Of a stretch of 32,000 bases of DNA, positions 9,826-17,580 are shown piece by piece. The notes beneath the pieces were generated by a model, which was not told the origin of the DNA, did no database searches, and worked only from the letters and a program-made list of their open reading frames with translations. The translations under genes and the position numbers were made by a program. Position 1 is the first letter of the stretch; every line of letters starts with the position of its first letter. Where the stretch lies: contig NC_006512.1 in NCBI RefSeq assembly GCF_000008465.1, positions 870,001-902,000 of the forward strand, written 5' to 3'. This DNA is from Idiomarina loihiensis L2TR. GTDB lineage: Bacteria; Pseudomonadota; Gammaproteobacteria; Enterobacterales; Alteromonadaceae.

Positions 9826-11538
9826 TTAACGTATTGCGCGGATTTGCTCCACCAACAACTGAACGTTTGTGCGTCCGCGGAAGTGATTAAGCTGTGGCTT
9901 GTATAAAAGTTCAACAACGGAGGCCTGCCGCGCCGGCCATTGTTGTGTATCGACGTTAAAGGCAATCGCATCTAATAATTCGCCTTGCGGATGACGCACC
10001 ACCAATTTTAGATGTCGCTCTCCGACAATGCGCTGATCCACCAATTCAAACTGGCCGTCAAACATAGGTTCGGGAAACTGCTGTCCCCAGGGGCCGGCAC
10101 TTTGCAGCGTATTCACACTGTCCAGCGAGAGTTGTGTTGTTGTGAGTTCGCCATCAGACCAGAATACCCGCTGCTTCTGTTCTTCTGACAGCCACTCCGA
10201 CGCAACTTGCTCCGCCAGTTCGGAAAAGCGCGTCAGATTTTCTTTCTTCATGGTTAAGCCGGCGGCCATAGCATGTCCACCGAAACGTTCCATAATGCCC
10301 GGCTGCAGACTATGAACACGTTCCAGTAAATCCCGCATATGCAGACCACTAACCGAACGTGCGGAGCCTTTTAGGAATTCATCGTCATCGTTGGCAAGCG
10401 CAATCACCGGTCGGTTCACTTGCTCTTTTACTCTACCCGCGACAATACCGATAACCCCGGCATGCCAGTCCGGCTGATACAAGGTGACTAAATCAGGCAC
10501 CTGCCCTTGATCAAAACACAGCTTTGCAACAGCGCTTTCGGCGTGCTCGCGCATTTCCGTTTCAATCGATTTACGTTGCTGGTTTAAATCGTTAAGTTGC
10601 TGCGCTAACTGCTGCGCCCGGGTCTCACCCGCTAATAAGCACTCTATTCCCAGCCCGATATCGTCTAAGCGGCCAGCAGCATTAATTCGCGGACCAAGGG
10701 CAAACCCTAAATCACTGGCGGCCAGCTGACTGGCATCACGGTTGGCAACTTCCAGCAACGCTTTAATTCCGGGTCGGCTCATGCCTTTACGAATACGGGC
10801 TATCCCCTGCTGCACTAATACGCGATTGTTATAATCCAGCGGTACAACATCCGCTACGGTGCCAAGAGCAACAAGATCCAGCCAGTCAGCCAGGTTAGGT
10901 AACGGTTCAACGCCTTGTTCACGTAACGCTGAACGCAACGCCAGCAGGACGTAAAACGCCACACCCACACCCGCTAAATTTTTGCTGGAAAACTCACAGC
11001 CGTGCTGATTCGGGTTCACTATCGCGTTAGCCGGAGGCAGTTCTTCAGGTGGTAAATGGTGGTCAGTAACCAGCACTTGTATGCCTTTTTCACGAGCAAG
11101 TACAATAGCGTCATGCGCTGCAATGCCGTTATCGACAGTCACAATTAACTGCACATTCTCGACAGCTAGTTGTTCTACCATGGCAACAGAAAGTCCGTAG
11201 CCGTCAGTCATTCGGTTTGGTACGCGATACCCCACCTGCTGTAGACCAAAGGCCTGCAAGGCCGACACCATTAATGCCGAACTGGTTGCACCGTCGGCAT
11301 CAAAATCACCGCAAATACAAACTTTTGCTTGATTTTTTAACGCATTTTGCAGCAGTTCAACGGCTTTCCCGATGTCTCTTAACGAAGAGAAATGCAGTAA
11401 ACCGGAAGCTTTCAAAGATAATTCGTCAGCACGACGGACACCCCGGCGGGCATAAATTTGCCGCAACAAAGGTGGCATTTGTTGCGGCAAAAAGTCATCG
11501 TCAACCAGTTGATAACGACGTATTTCATAATCACTCAT
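9826..11538 (-). CDS. recJ: Single-stranded-DNA-specific 5'-3' exonuclease RecJ
   Basis: 570 aa with DHH (DFDADGATS, TVDNG, VTDHH) and DHHA1 (GGHAMAAG) motifs. It sits in the dsbC-recJ-prfB order, as in E. coli. Confidence 0.96.
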   Translation of the reverse strand: MSDYEIRRYQLVDDDFLPQQMPPLLRQIYARRGVRRADELSLKASGLLHFSSLRDIGKAVELLQNALKNQAKVCICGDFDADGATSSALMVSALQAFGLQQVGYRVPNRMTDGYGLSVAMVEQLAVENVQLIVTVDNGIAAHDAIVLAREKGIQVLVTDHHLPPEELPPANAIVNPNQHGCEFSSKNLAGVGVAFYVLLALRSALREQGVEPLPNLADWLDLVALGTVADVVPLDYNNRVLVQQGIARIRKGMSRPGIKALLEVANRDASQLAASDLGFALGPRINAAGRLDDIGLGIECLLAGETRAQQLAQQLNDLNQQRKSIETEMREHAESAVAKLCFDQGQVPDLVTLYQPDWHAGVIGIVAGRVKEQVNRPVIALANDDDEFLKGSARSVSGLHMRDLLERVHSLQPGIMERFGGHAMAAGLTMKKENLTRFSELAEQVASEWLSEEQKQRVFWSDGELTTTQLSLDSVNTLQSAGPWGQQFPEPMFDGQFELVDQRIVGERHLKLVVRHPQGELLDAIAFNVDTQQWPARQASVVELLYKPQLNHFRGRTNVQLLVEQIRAIR

Positions 11539-11541
11539 GAA

Positions 11542-12273
11542 TTACTGTGACTCACCTTTTTTAATTTCAGCAATTAAGCGTGATGCAGGTAACGCCCCCG
11601 GTACTAAGCGACCGTCGGGCAGAACGATAGCGGGCGTACCGCTTACCCCAAAAGATTTGCCCAGTTGGTAGTGCTCAGCAACCGGATTGGAACAGCTTGA
11701 GTCGCCACTGTAATTTTCGTCTTCTTTAAAGGCGGTAATGGCCCCTTTTTTGTCATCCGCACACCAAACGGTTTGTAACTGCTTCCCGCCTTTGCTACTC
11801 ATACCACCACGGGGAAAGGCCAGGTATTTTATGGTAATGCCTTGTGCGTGATAGCTGTCCATGTTTTCGTGCAGGCGCTGACAATAACCGCAGGTAGTGT
11901 CAGTAAAAACCGTTACCTGATATTTCTCGTCCTCAGCCGGGTACACGATCATATCGTCAGCAAAGCCTTTTAGCATTTTCAGGCGAACTTTAGCCATGCC
12001 GGCTTCACTTAAATTTTCCGGTTCACTCCCGGTTATATCAAACACATTGCCGCTAATAAGCCGTTCACCGTCATCTGACACATAAAACATGCCCTGATTA
12101 GTCACCGCACGGACATAGCCGTCAATTTCACCGGGCTCTGTGGACAACACTTCAATACCAATTTTATTCAGGTGCCGGGTGTCGACTTCACTTTGTTCCG
12201 CACTAATAGCCGGCGCACTGAAACTTGCGCCGACCAGCCCTACTAATCCAACTACAGACATTAAATTGCGCAT
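11542..12273 (-). CDS. dsbC: Periplasmic thiol:disulfide interchange protein DsbC
   Basis: 243 aa with a signal peptide, a thioredoxin-fold CGYC active site (FTDTTCGYCQRLH), and a second Cys pair. Confidence 0.92.
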   Translation of the reverse strand: MRNLMSVVGLVGLVGASFSAPAISAEQSEVDTRHLNKIGIEVLSTEPGEIDGYVRAVTNQGMFYVSDDGERLISGNVFDITGSEPENLSEAGMAKVRLKMLKGFADDMIVYPAEDEKYQVTVFTDTTCGYCQRLHENMDSYHAQGITIKYLAFPRGGMSSKGGKQLQTVWCADDKKGAITAFKEDENYSGDSSCSNPVAEHYQLGKSFGVSGTPAIVLPDGRLVPGALPASRLIAEIKKGESQ

Positions 12274-12328
12274 AAATACCTCTTAAATTAACTGTCCGAA
12301 CCCTACCCTGTTACCAGCCAAAATGCAA

Positions 12329-13231
12329 TTAGCCTCGCGGGTGATGCTGAGCATGTAAGGCCTGCAGACGTTCACGTGCAACCTGGGTATAAATTTGTGT
12401 GGTAGATAAATCACTGTGACCTAACAGTAGCTGTAAGACACGTAAGTCGGCGCCATGGTTCAGCAAATGCGTGGCAAAAGCATGGCGTAAAGTGTGCGGC
12501 GACAAATGTGCGTAAATGCCGGCTTCTTCGGCGTAATGCTTTAATCTGTACCAAAATGCCTGACGTGTTAATAACGAGCCACGTTGCGTAACAAATATCC
12601 AGGGGCTGCTTTTATCCGTTATTGCCGGACGTCCATGCTTTAAATAATTGTCCAGCCACTCCAGCGCGTCTTCCCCTAAAGGCACTAAGCGTTCCTTATT
12701 GCCTTTGCCGATAACCCGAACTAAGCCTTGCTGGCGGCTCAACTGATCATATTGCAGACGAATAAGTTCGGTTACCCGTAATCCGGTGGCATAGAGAACT
12801 TCCAGCATAGTCCGGTCACGCAGACCAATGGGAGTTTCTGTATCCGGTTGTTCCAATAAAGAAATCACATCCTCTTCGCTTAACGAATGTGGGATGCTTT
12901 GCGGTAACTTAGGGCGTTTCAGGCGCGCTGTTGGGTCTACTGCCACCCACTGCTGTTTTACAGCAAACTGGAAGAATTTCTTCGTCGAACTTAAAAATCG
13001 CGAGGTGCTTCGTGGCGATAAGCCTTGCATACGCCGCCACAACAGGTAGTCCTGCAGCACCACTTCATCAGTGTCCATTAAGGATTTTTTAAGCGATAGC
13101 AAATATTCACAATAACGGCGTAAGTCACTGCGGTACGCGGCTTGAGTATTATTGCTGGAGCCATGATGCAGCCAGAGGTGCTCAGTAAAAGCATCAATAC
13201 GATCTTCGTCCTCTGGGCGGAGTTGCTTCAT
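12329..13231 (-). CDS. xerD: Tyrosine site-specific recombinase XerD
   Basis: 300 aa with the catalytic residues R...HxLRH...Y (LSPHTLRHAFATHLL, LLGHSDLSTTQIYT). It lies upstream of dsbC, as in E. coli. Confidence 0.95.
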   Translation of the reverse strand: MKQLRPEDEDRIDAFTEHLWLHHGSSNNTQAAYRSDLRRYCEYLLSLKKSLMDTDEVVLQDYLLWRRMQGLSPRSTSRFLSSTKKFFQFAVKQQWVAVDPTARLKRPKLPQSIPHSLSEEDVISLLEQPDTETPIGLRDRTMLEVLYATGLRVTELIRLQYDQLSRQQGLVRVIGKGNKERLVPLGEDALEWLDNYLKHGRPAITDKSSPWIFVTQRGSLLTRQAFWYRLKHYAEEAGIYAHLSPHTLRHAFATHLLNHGADLRVLQLLLGHSDLSTTQIYTQVARERLQALHAQHHPRG

Positions 13232-13331
13232 GGTTTTTGGAAATTAGCGAAATGATAATGCTATTATGCCGCATAGCGAGAGCGGCTGAAACTGCTTGTG
13301 CAAAACTCTCCGAAAAGAATCAAGTTAAGCG

Positions 13332-13817
13332 CTAATGAGTAATGCCTAGTTTCTGCAGAACATCGTATAGGCCAGCGGGCCCTTTATATTTGTACTCGTT
13401 TTTTTCGTCCGTTTGCGGCTGCTTCTTCTTTTCCAGCCGCTGGCGAACCCGCCAGTCCAGGTTGTGAAGAAGCTCCAGGGGCAAACGATCAGGCGTTGCA
13501 TCGGGAATAAGCGGCTGAGGATGAGTTGCGTCCTGTAGTTTAAAGTCTGACAACTGACTAACTGTTGCATAGACACCACTAGCCAGCACCATGCCTGGCT
13601 TTACATCTAAAGGCCGCGTTCTGCCGGCACCAATGGTTCTTTGCCAGTTAACTTGCGCAGGGCGCTCAGAAATAACCGGGTCGTCACCCAAGGCAGACAC
13701 CCAATAAGCAAACTCGCCCGCGAAGCCGTGATTAACTGCTTCGCTCGCGTGTTGCTCAAAGAAATGAGCGGCCTGGTTTTCGACAGCACTATTCTGTACA
13801 GCTGAAACTTGACTCAT
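13332..13817 (-). CDS. Hypothetical protein, 161 aa, no family recognised
   Basis: It is the only long ORF in the 700-bp gap between xerD and tRNA-Tyr. It has no TM segment or signal peptide. The N-terminal ~100 aa are aromatic/Gly-rich, and the tail is charged (RQRLEKKKQPQTDEKNEYKYKGP). The coding call rests on ORF length and a composition like its neighbours. Confidence 0.55.
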   Translation of the reverse strand: MSQVSAVQNSAVENQAAHFFEQHASEAVNHGFAGEFAYWVSALGDDPVISERPAQVNWQRTIGAGRTRPLDVKPGMVLASGVYATVSQLSDFKLQDATHPQPLIPDATPDRLPLELLHNLDWRVRQRLEKKKQPQTDEKNEYKYKGPAGLYDVLQKLGITH

Positions 13818-13885
13818 TAAGACTCTGGATAATCGGTTACAGATACTTCTGTATCGGCCAAAGTCCTAAAAGTTTAAGTTTTCTC

Positions 13886-13913
13886 TTTACAGCTAAGCTA
13901 AGACTGTTATTAT
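13886..13913 (+). promoter_or_regulatory. Putative sigma-70 promoter of tRNA-Tyr with a GC-rich discriminator
   Basis: TTTACA (13886-13891), a 16-nt spacer, then TATTAT (13908-13913), followed by ACGCGCC. The predicted TSS is a few nt before the mature 5' end of the tRNA. This layout is typical of stringently controlled stable-RNA promoters. Confidence 0.55.
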
Positions 13914-13928
13914 ACGCGCCTCTTGAGT

Positions 13929-14013
13929 GGAGGGGTTCCCGAGTGGCCAAAGGGATCAGACTGTAAATCTGACGGCTCAGCCTTCGCAGGTTCGAATCCT
14001 GCCCCCTCCACCA
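13929..14013 (+). tRNA. tyrT: tRNA-Tyr (anticodon GTA), class II with a long variable arm and encoded CCA
   Basis: 85 nt. The acceptor stem GGAGGGG pairs with CCCCTCC, followed by discriminator A and CCA. The anticodon loop is CT-GTA-AA, with GTA at 13963-13965. The T-arm is GGTTCGAATCC. It is near-identical in layout to E. coli tRNA-Tyr. Confidence 0.97.
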
Positions 14014-14050
14014 TTTCTTTACTGCACCGGCAGTTGGCTATCAGCCTGAA

Positions 14051-15019
14051 TTACTCTTCCGAAAGCGTTATAACCACCTTACCCTGAGTTTTATTATCTG
14101 CAACATAATCCAGTGCTTGCTGAATATCGTCAGCGGCAAAAACCTCATCGATGATAGGTTTTATGGTGCTGCTTTTAAACTTATCGCCAAAATCACGCCA
14201 CAAACCCTGTAAAATTTTTCCTTTGCGTTCCGGTGATAATGCTCGCAGAGTTGAGCCAATCAGCTTTTGGCGCTTCATCAGCATACGTCCGAAATCAACT
14301 TCGCCAGTCACGCCAGCCATTAAACCAATTAAAATAATACGGCCATCCTGTGCCAGATACTGCTGGTCTTTTGCTATAGACTCACCAGCGACAGGATTCA
14401 GAATGACGTCGACTTCGCCAAGAGCTTTAACTTCTTCAACAATGTTCTGTTTGTGCCGGTTTATCGCATTCTTCGCACCCAGTTTCAGGCAAAACTCCGA
14501 TTTCTCTCCACTACCCACTACGGCGGTAAGCTCATTACCACTTTCCCGGCACAACTGGATCAGTGACGAACCCACACCGCTGGCACCCGCATGAGCTAAT
14601 ACCCGCTCTCCGGGTTTTAAGTCAGCTAATTGATAGACATTAAGATAGGCCGTAGCAAAAGTTTCCAGCCAACCCGCAGCTTCTGCATTACTCCAGCTTT
14701 CAGGCACCTCCAGTATTTGTTCAGCAGAAACATTCACTTGTTCAGCAAAACCGCCGCCAGCCAATAACGCGCTGACACGTTGCCCGGTTTGCCAGCCATT
14801 GACTTCGCTACCTACTTTTTCTATAACCCCACAGACTTCTAGTCCAGGAATAGTTGAGGCACCTTTAGGTGGTGGGTATTTCCCTGCTATTTGCATTAAG
14901 TCGGCACGATTAAGCCCGGCGCTCAGTACCCGCAGCTGAACTTCATTAGCCTGTGGCTCGTCCAGCTCAGGATGGTTCTTCCAGTGTACTTTTTGTTCGG
15001 AAATAGCAATTGCTTTCAT
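14051..15019 (-). CDS. NAD(P)H:quinone oxidoreductase, MDR superfamily (Qor/PIG3-like)
   Basis: 322 aa with a zeta-crystallin-type N-terminus (LNRADLMQIAGKYPPP) and a Rossmann motif (AHAGASGVGSSLIQL). It lacks zinc-ligand Cys clusters, which is typical of quinone reductases. Confidence 0.85.
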   Translation of the reverse strand: MKAIAISEQKVHWKNHPELDEPQANEVQLRVLSAGLNRADLMQIAGKYPPPKGASTIPGLEVCGVIEKVGSEVNGWQTGQRVSALLAGGGFAEQVNVSAEQILEVPESWSNAEAAGWLETFATAYLNVYQLADLKPGERVLAHAGASGVGSSLIQLCRESGNELTAVVGSGEKSEFCLKLGAKNAINRHKQNIVEEVKALGEVDVILNPVAGESIAKDQQYLAQDGRIILIGLMAGVTGEVDFGRMLMKRQKLIGSTLRALSPERKGKILQGLWRDFGDKFKSSTIKPIIDEVFAADDIQQALDYVADNKTQGKVVITLSEE

Positions 15020-15094
15020 ATCAGCCTCTGTTGCCGCTTAACATTATTGAAATTAGCCAGTATGCTGTCGGTATGAATAAGATCAGGATACTGT

Positions 15095-16747
15095 TTGACG
15101 CAAATGGACAAAACCTTAGAGCTCAATAATAAACGCGTATTATTAATAGATGACCAGAAGCCCTTTCAGGTCATGCTCAAAGGCTTGCTGTTAAACTTGG
15201 GGGCGCAGGACGTACAAGTCAAGACCACCGGCGAAGCAGGTATTGCCGCTTACATTAAAAACCCGCACGATATTCTGTTGGTAGACTATAACCTTGGGCG
15301 TGGTCGCAATGGTCGTCAGGTTTTAGAGGAACTGCAAGTTCGAGGGCTAATGAAAGAGCATACTCTGTTCTTTATTATTACCGGCGACAACACCCGTCCT
15401 ATGGTTCTCAGCGCACTGGAACTTCAACCCGATGATTATTTGATGAAACCGTTTTCACATAGAGTGTTGCGCTCCCGCCTGGTGCGAGCCTATAAACGCC
15501 GCATGTGGTTAAAAGACGTATTCAAGGCGCTGACAAATCATGATTATGAAACCTGTATTGGTGCCTGCCAGAAACATATTCAATCTAACAGCCGCTACAG
15601 TAATTACTGCCGCAAACTGCAAATTGAGTTGTACAACAAAACCGGTCAATTAGATAAAGCGGAAACGGCAATTAAAGAACTACTTGAGGAAAACTCTCAC
15701 AGTTGGGTCTTTCTAAAACTGGCTGAAACGCGGTTATTACAAAACTCTCCCGAAGAAGCCCTGAATATTCTTAATCATTTAATTAAGCGCATGCCTAATG
15801 CTGTTGAAGCTTATGACCTGAAAACCGAATGTTACCTTCAACAACAGCAGCTGGAAGACGCTTTGGAAAGCGCCCGTGATGCCATCACCATGGCGCCATT
15901 TTCAATTGAAAGGCAAACCAAACTGGCCCATATTGCCCGCGACAACGGCGACTTTGACATTGCCAAGCAAGCCATGAACAACGTTTTGCAAATAGCTCGT
16001 AAATCGGTTTTTCGTAACGCACATCACTTATGTAACTATTTACGCAGCATTTTAGATGCGGCCGAAAATAGCGATACACCGCAGCAAATCAGTAAGTATC
16101 AGACAGAAGCAACAATGGAGCTACAACGAGCCCGCTATGACGAGCACCTGTTGCATGCCGATATTTCGTTTGAGGATTTGGAATCCATTTTATTGTCACG
16201 TATTGATTCATTTAATGGTCGTTTACGCGAAGCTCAGCAACGCTTAAACGAGGTTGTTGGCGAAAAACTAGCGCACAATCAGCCTATCAATAAAGATTTA
16301 CTACCTGACGTTATCGCCATTTTACTGGATGTCGGGGAGTATGAAAAAGCGAATGCGCTAGCAGCGAATCAGGATGAAAACCCGACTCTTGACAGTTATA
16401 CCACTAAAATTTTACAGGCACGCTTAGCTGCAGCTCAAAAACAGCAGGATAACTTCTTTGAAGTTCATAAGGCGGGCTTAGATGCTTATCAGCAAGGCAA
16501 CTATATTCGTGCACTGGAGCTGTTTCGTAACGCCATGGAGGCCGCGCCAATGAATAGTGGTGCTGCACTTAACTTTATTCAGGCGGCCGTCCGTTATGTT
16601 GAAGAAACTCCAGGTGGAGAGCGAGCTCGGCTTAAGAAAGAATGCGATAATTGCTTTAAAGTCTTAGAGGGGCTGCAATTATCCAGTAGCCACAGTAACC
16701 GCTATGAGCGGTTACTGGAGCAAACTGAAGGGTTGGAACTGCGCTAG
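15095..16747 (+). CDS. Orphan response regulator: CheY-like receiver plus a ~420-aa helical TPR-like domain, with no DNA-binding domain
   Basis: The REC residues are all present: the DD pair (LLIDDQ), the phospho-acceptor Asp (ILLVDYNL), Thr (FIITGD) and Lys (YLMKPF). The rest is helix-repeat sequence. The TTG start at 15095 has AGGA 6 nt upstream; an alternative ATG lies at 15104. Confidence 0.85.
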   Translation: MTQMDKTLELNNKRVLLIDDQKPFQVMLKGLLLNLGAQDVQVKTTGEAGIAAYIKNPHDILLVDYNLGRGRNGRQVLEELQVRGLMKEHTLFFIITGDNTRPMVLSALELQPDDYLMKPFSHRVLRSRLVRAYKRRMWLKDVFKALTNHDYETCIGACQKHIQSNSRYSNYCRKLQIELYNKTGQLDKAETAIKELLEENSHSWVFLKLAETRLLQNSPEEALNILNHLIKRMPNAVEAYDLKTECYLQQQQLEDALESARDAITMAPFSIERQTKLAHIARDNGDFDIAKQAMNNVLQIARKSVFRNAHHLCNYLRSILDAAENSDTPQQISKYQTEATMELQRARYDEHLLHADISFEDLESILLSRIDSFNGRLREAQQRLNEVVGEKLAHNQPINKDLLPDVIAILLDVGEYEKANALAANQDENPTLDSYTTKILQARLAAAQKQQDNFFEVHKAGLDAYQQGNYIRALELFRNAMEAAPMNSGAALNFIQAAVRYVEETPGGERARLKKECDNCFKVLEGLQLSSSHSNRYERLLEQTEGLELR

Positions 16748-17580
16748 CTCAGCTTTTGGTTAGCGGCTAACTGACCTGATTGATAATCCTTAATAGCCTG
16801 CTCAATCTGATCCGACGAGTTCATGACAAAAGGACCGTATTGAGCAATCGGTTCTTCAATAGGTTTGGCGGCCAACAAGATAAAGCGCGCATGTTCAGTA
16901 GCGGAAAAATCTAAGGTTTCAGCAGGATCAAGCAAGATCAACTCGCCCTCTTTCGCCCCCTCCCCATTCACTGTCAGCTCACCCTGATAAACATAAGCCA
17001 AGCGTCGTTTTTGCCCTTGTGACGGCAAACTGAAGCTGTCACTTTCTAAGTGAACATCGAGCATTAGAAAGTCTCGTCCCGGCGCATTTACTGGACCCTC
17101 CTGCTGCTGGTATTTCCCTGAAATTATTCGGATCAGAGCATCACCATTTTTCACTTCAGGAATGCTGGCTGCCGGATAGTCGTGCCACTCAGGTTCACTC
17201 ATTTTTTCATCGCCCGGCAAGTTTACCCAGAGCTGAAAACCCCACATAAGGCCTTCAACTTGCTTCGGCATTTCGGCGTGAATAATACCTTTCGCCGCCT
17301 TCATCCACTGCACACCGCCAGCATCAACTTCACCGCTATTACCAACAGAGTCTTTATGTTCCATAGTGCCCGCTAACATATAGGTCAGCGTACAAAAACC
17401 GCGGTGTGGATGGGGCGGAAAACCCGCAATATAATCGTCCGGGTTATCGGAACGAAACTCATCCAGCATTAAAAACGGGTCCTGATGTTTTAGCCCCGGC
17501 TGATTAATAATACGAGTGAGTTTAACTCCCGCGCCATCCTGCGCCGGCATTCCCCGGTGTTTGGCTAAAATAACACTCAT
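16744..17580 (-). CDS. Pirin-family bicupin metalloprotein
   Basis: 278 aa. The N-terminal cupin has the HPHRGF...E.H metal-binding signature (FPPHPHRGFCTLTYMLAGTMEHKD). Its ATG overlaps the yqjG stop (ATGA). Confidence 0.9.
   Translation of the reverse strand: MSVILAKHRGMPAQDGAGVKLTRIINQPGLKHQDPFLMLDEFRSDNPDDYIAGFPPHPHRGFCTLTYMLAGTMEHKDSVGNSGEVDAGGVQWMKAAKGIIHAEMPKQVEGLMWGFQLWVNLPGDEKMSEPEWHDYPAASIPEVKNGDALIRIISGKYQQQEGPVNAPGRDFLMLDVHLESDSFSLPSQGQKRRLAYVYQGELTVNGEGAKEGELILLDPAETLDFSATEHARFILLAAKPIEEPIAQYGPFVMNSSDQIEQAIKDYQSGQLAANQKLS

Noticed and set aside
13346-13789. Two same-strand alternative-frame ORFs (77 and 60 aa) nested in the 161-aa hypothetical gene
   Set aside because: They are shorter than the enclosing frame and have compositionally odd translations (Cys/Arg/Leu-rich). 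There is no independent evidence for them. The longest frame is the only one spanning the whole gap, though the gene itself is supported only moderately.
14021-14034. A short hairpin, ACTGC-ACCG-GCAGT, between tRNA-Tyr and the qor stop
   Set aside because: It has only 5 bp and no U-tract on either strand, which is too weak to call a terminator.
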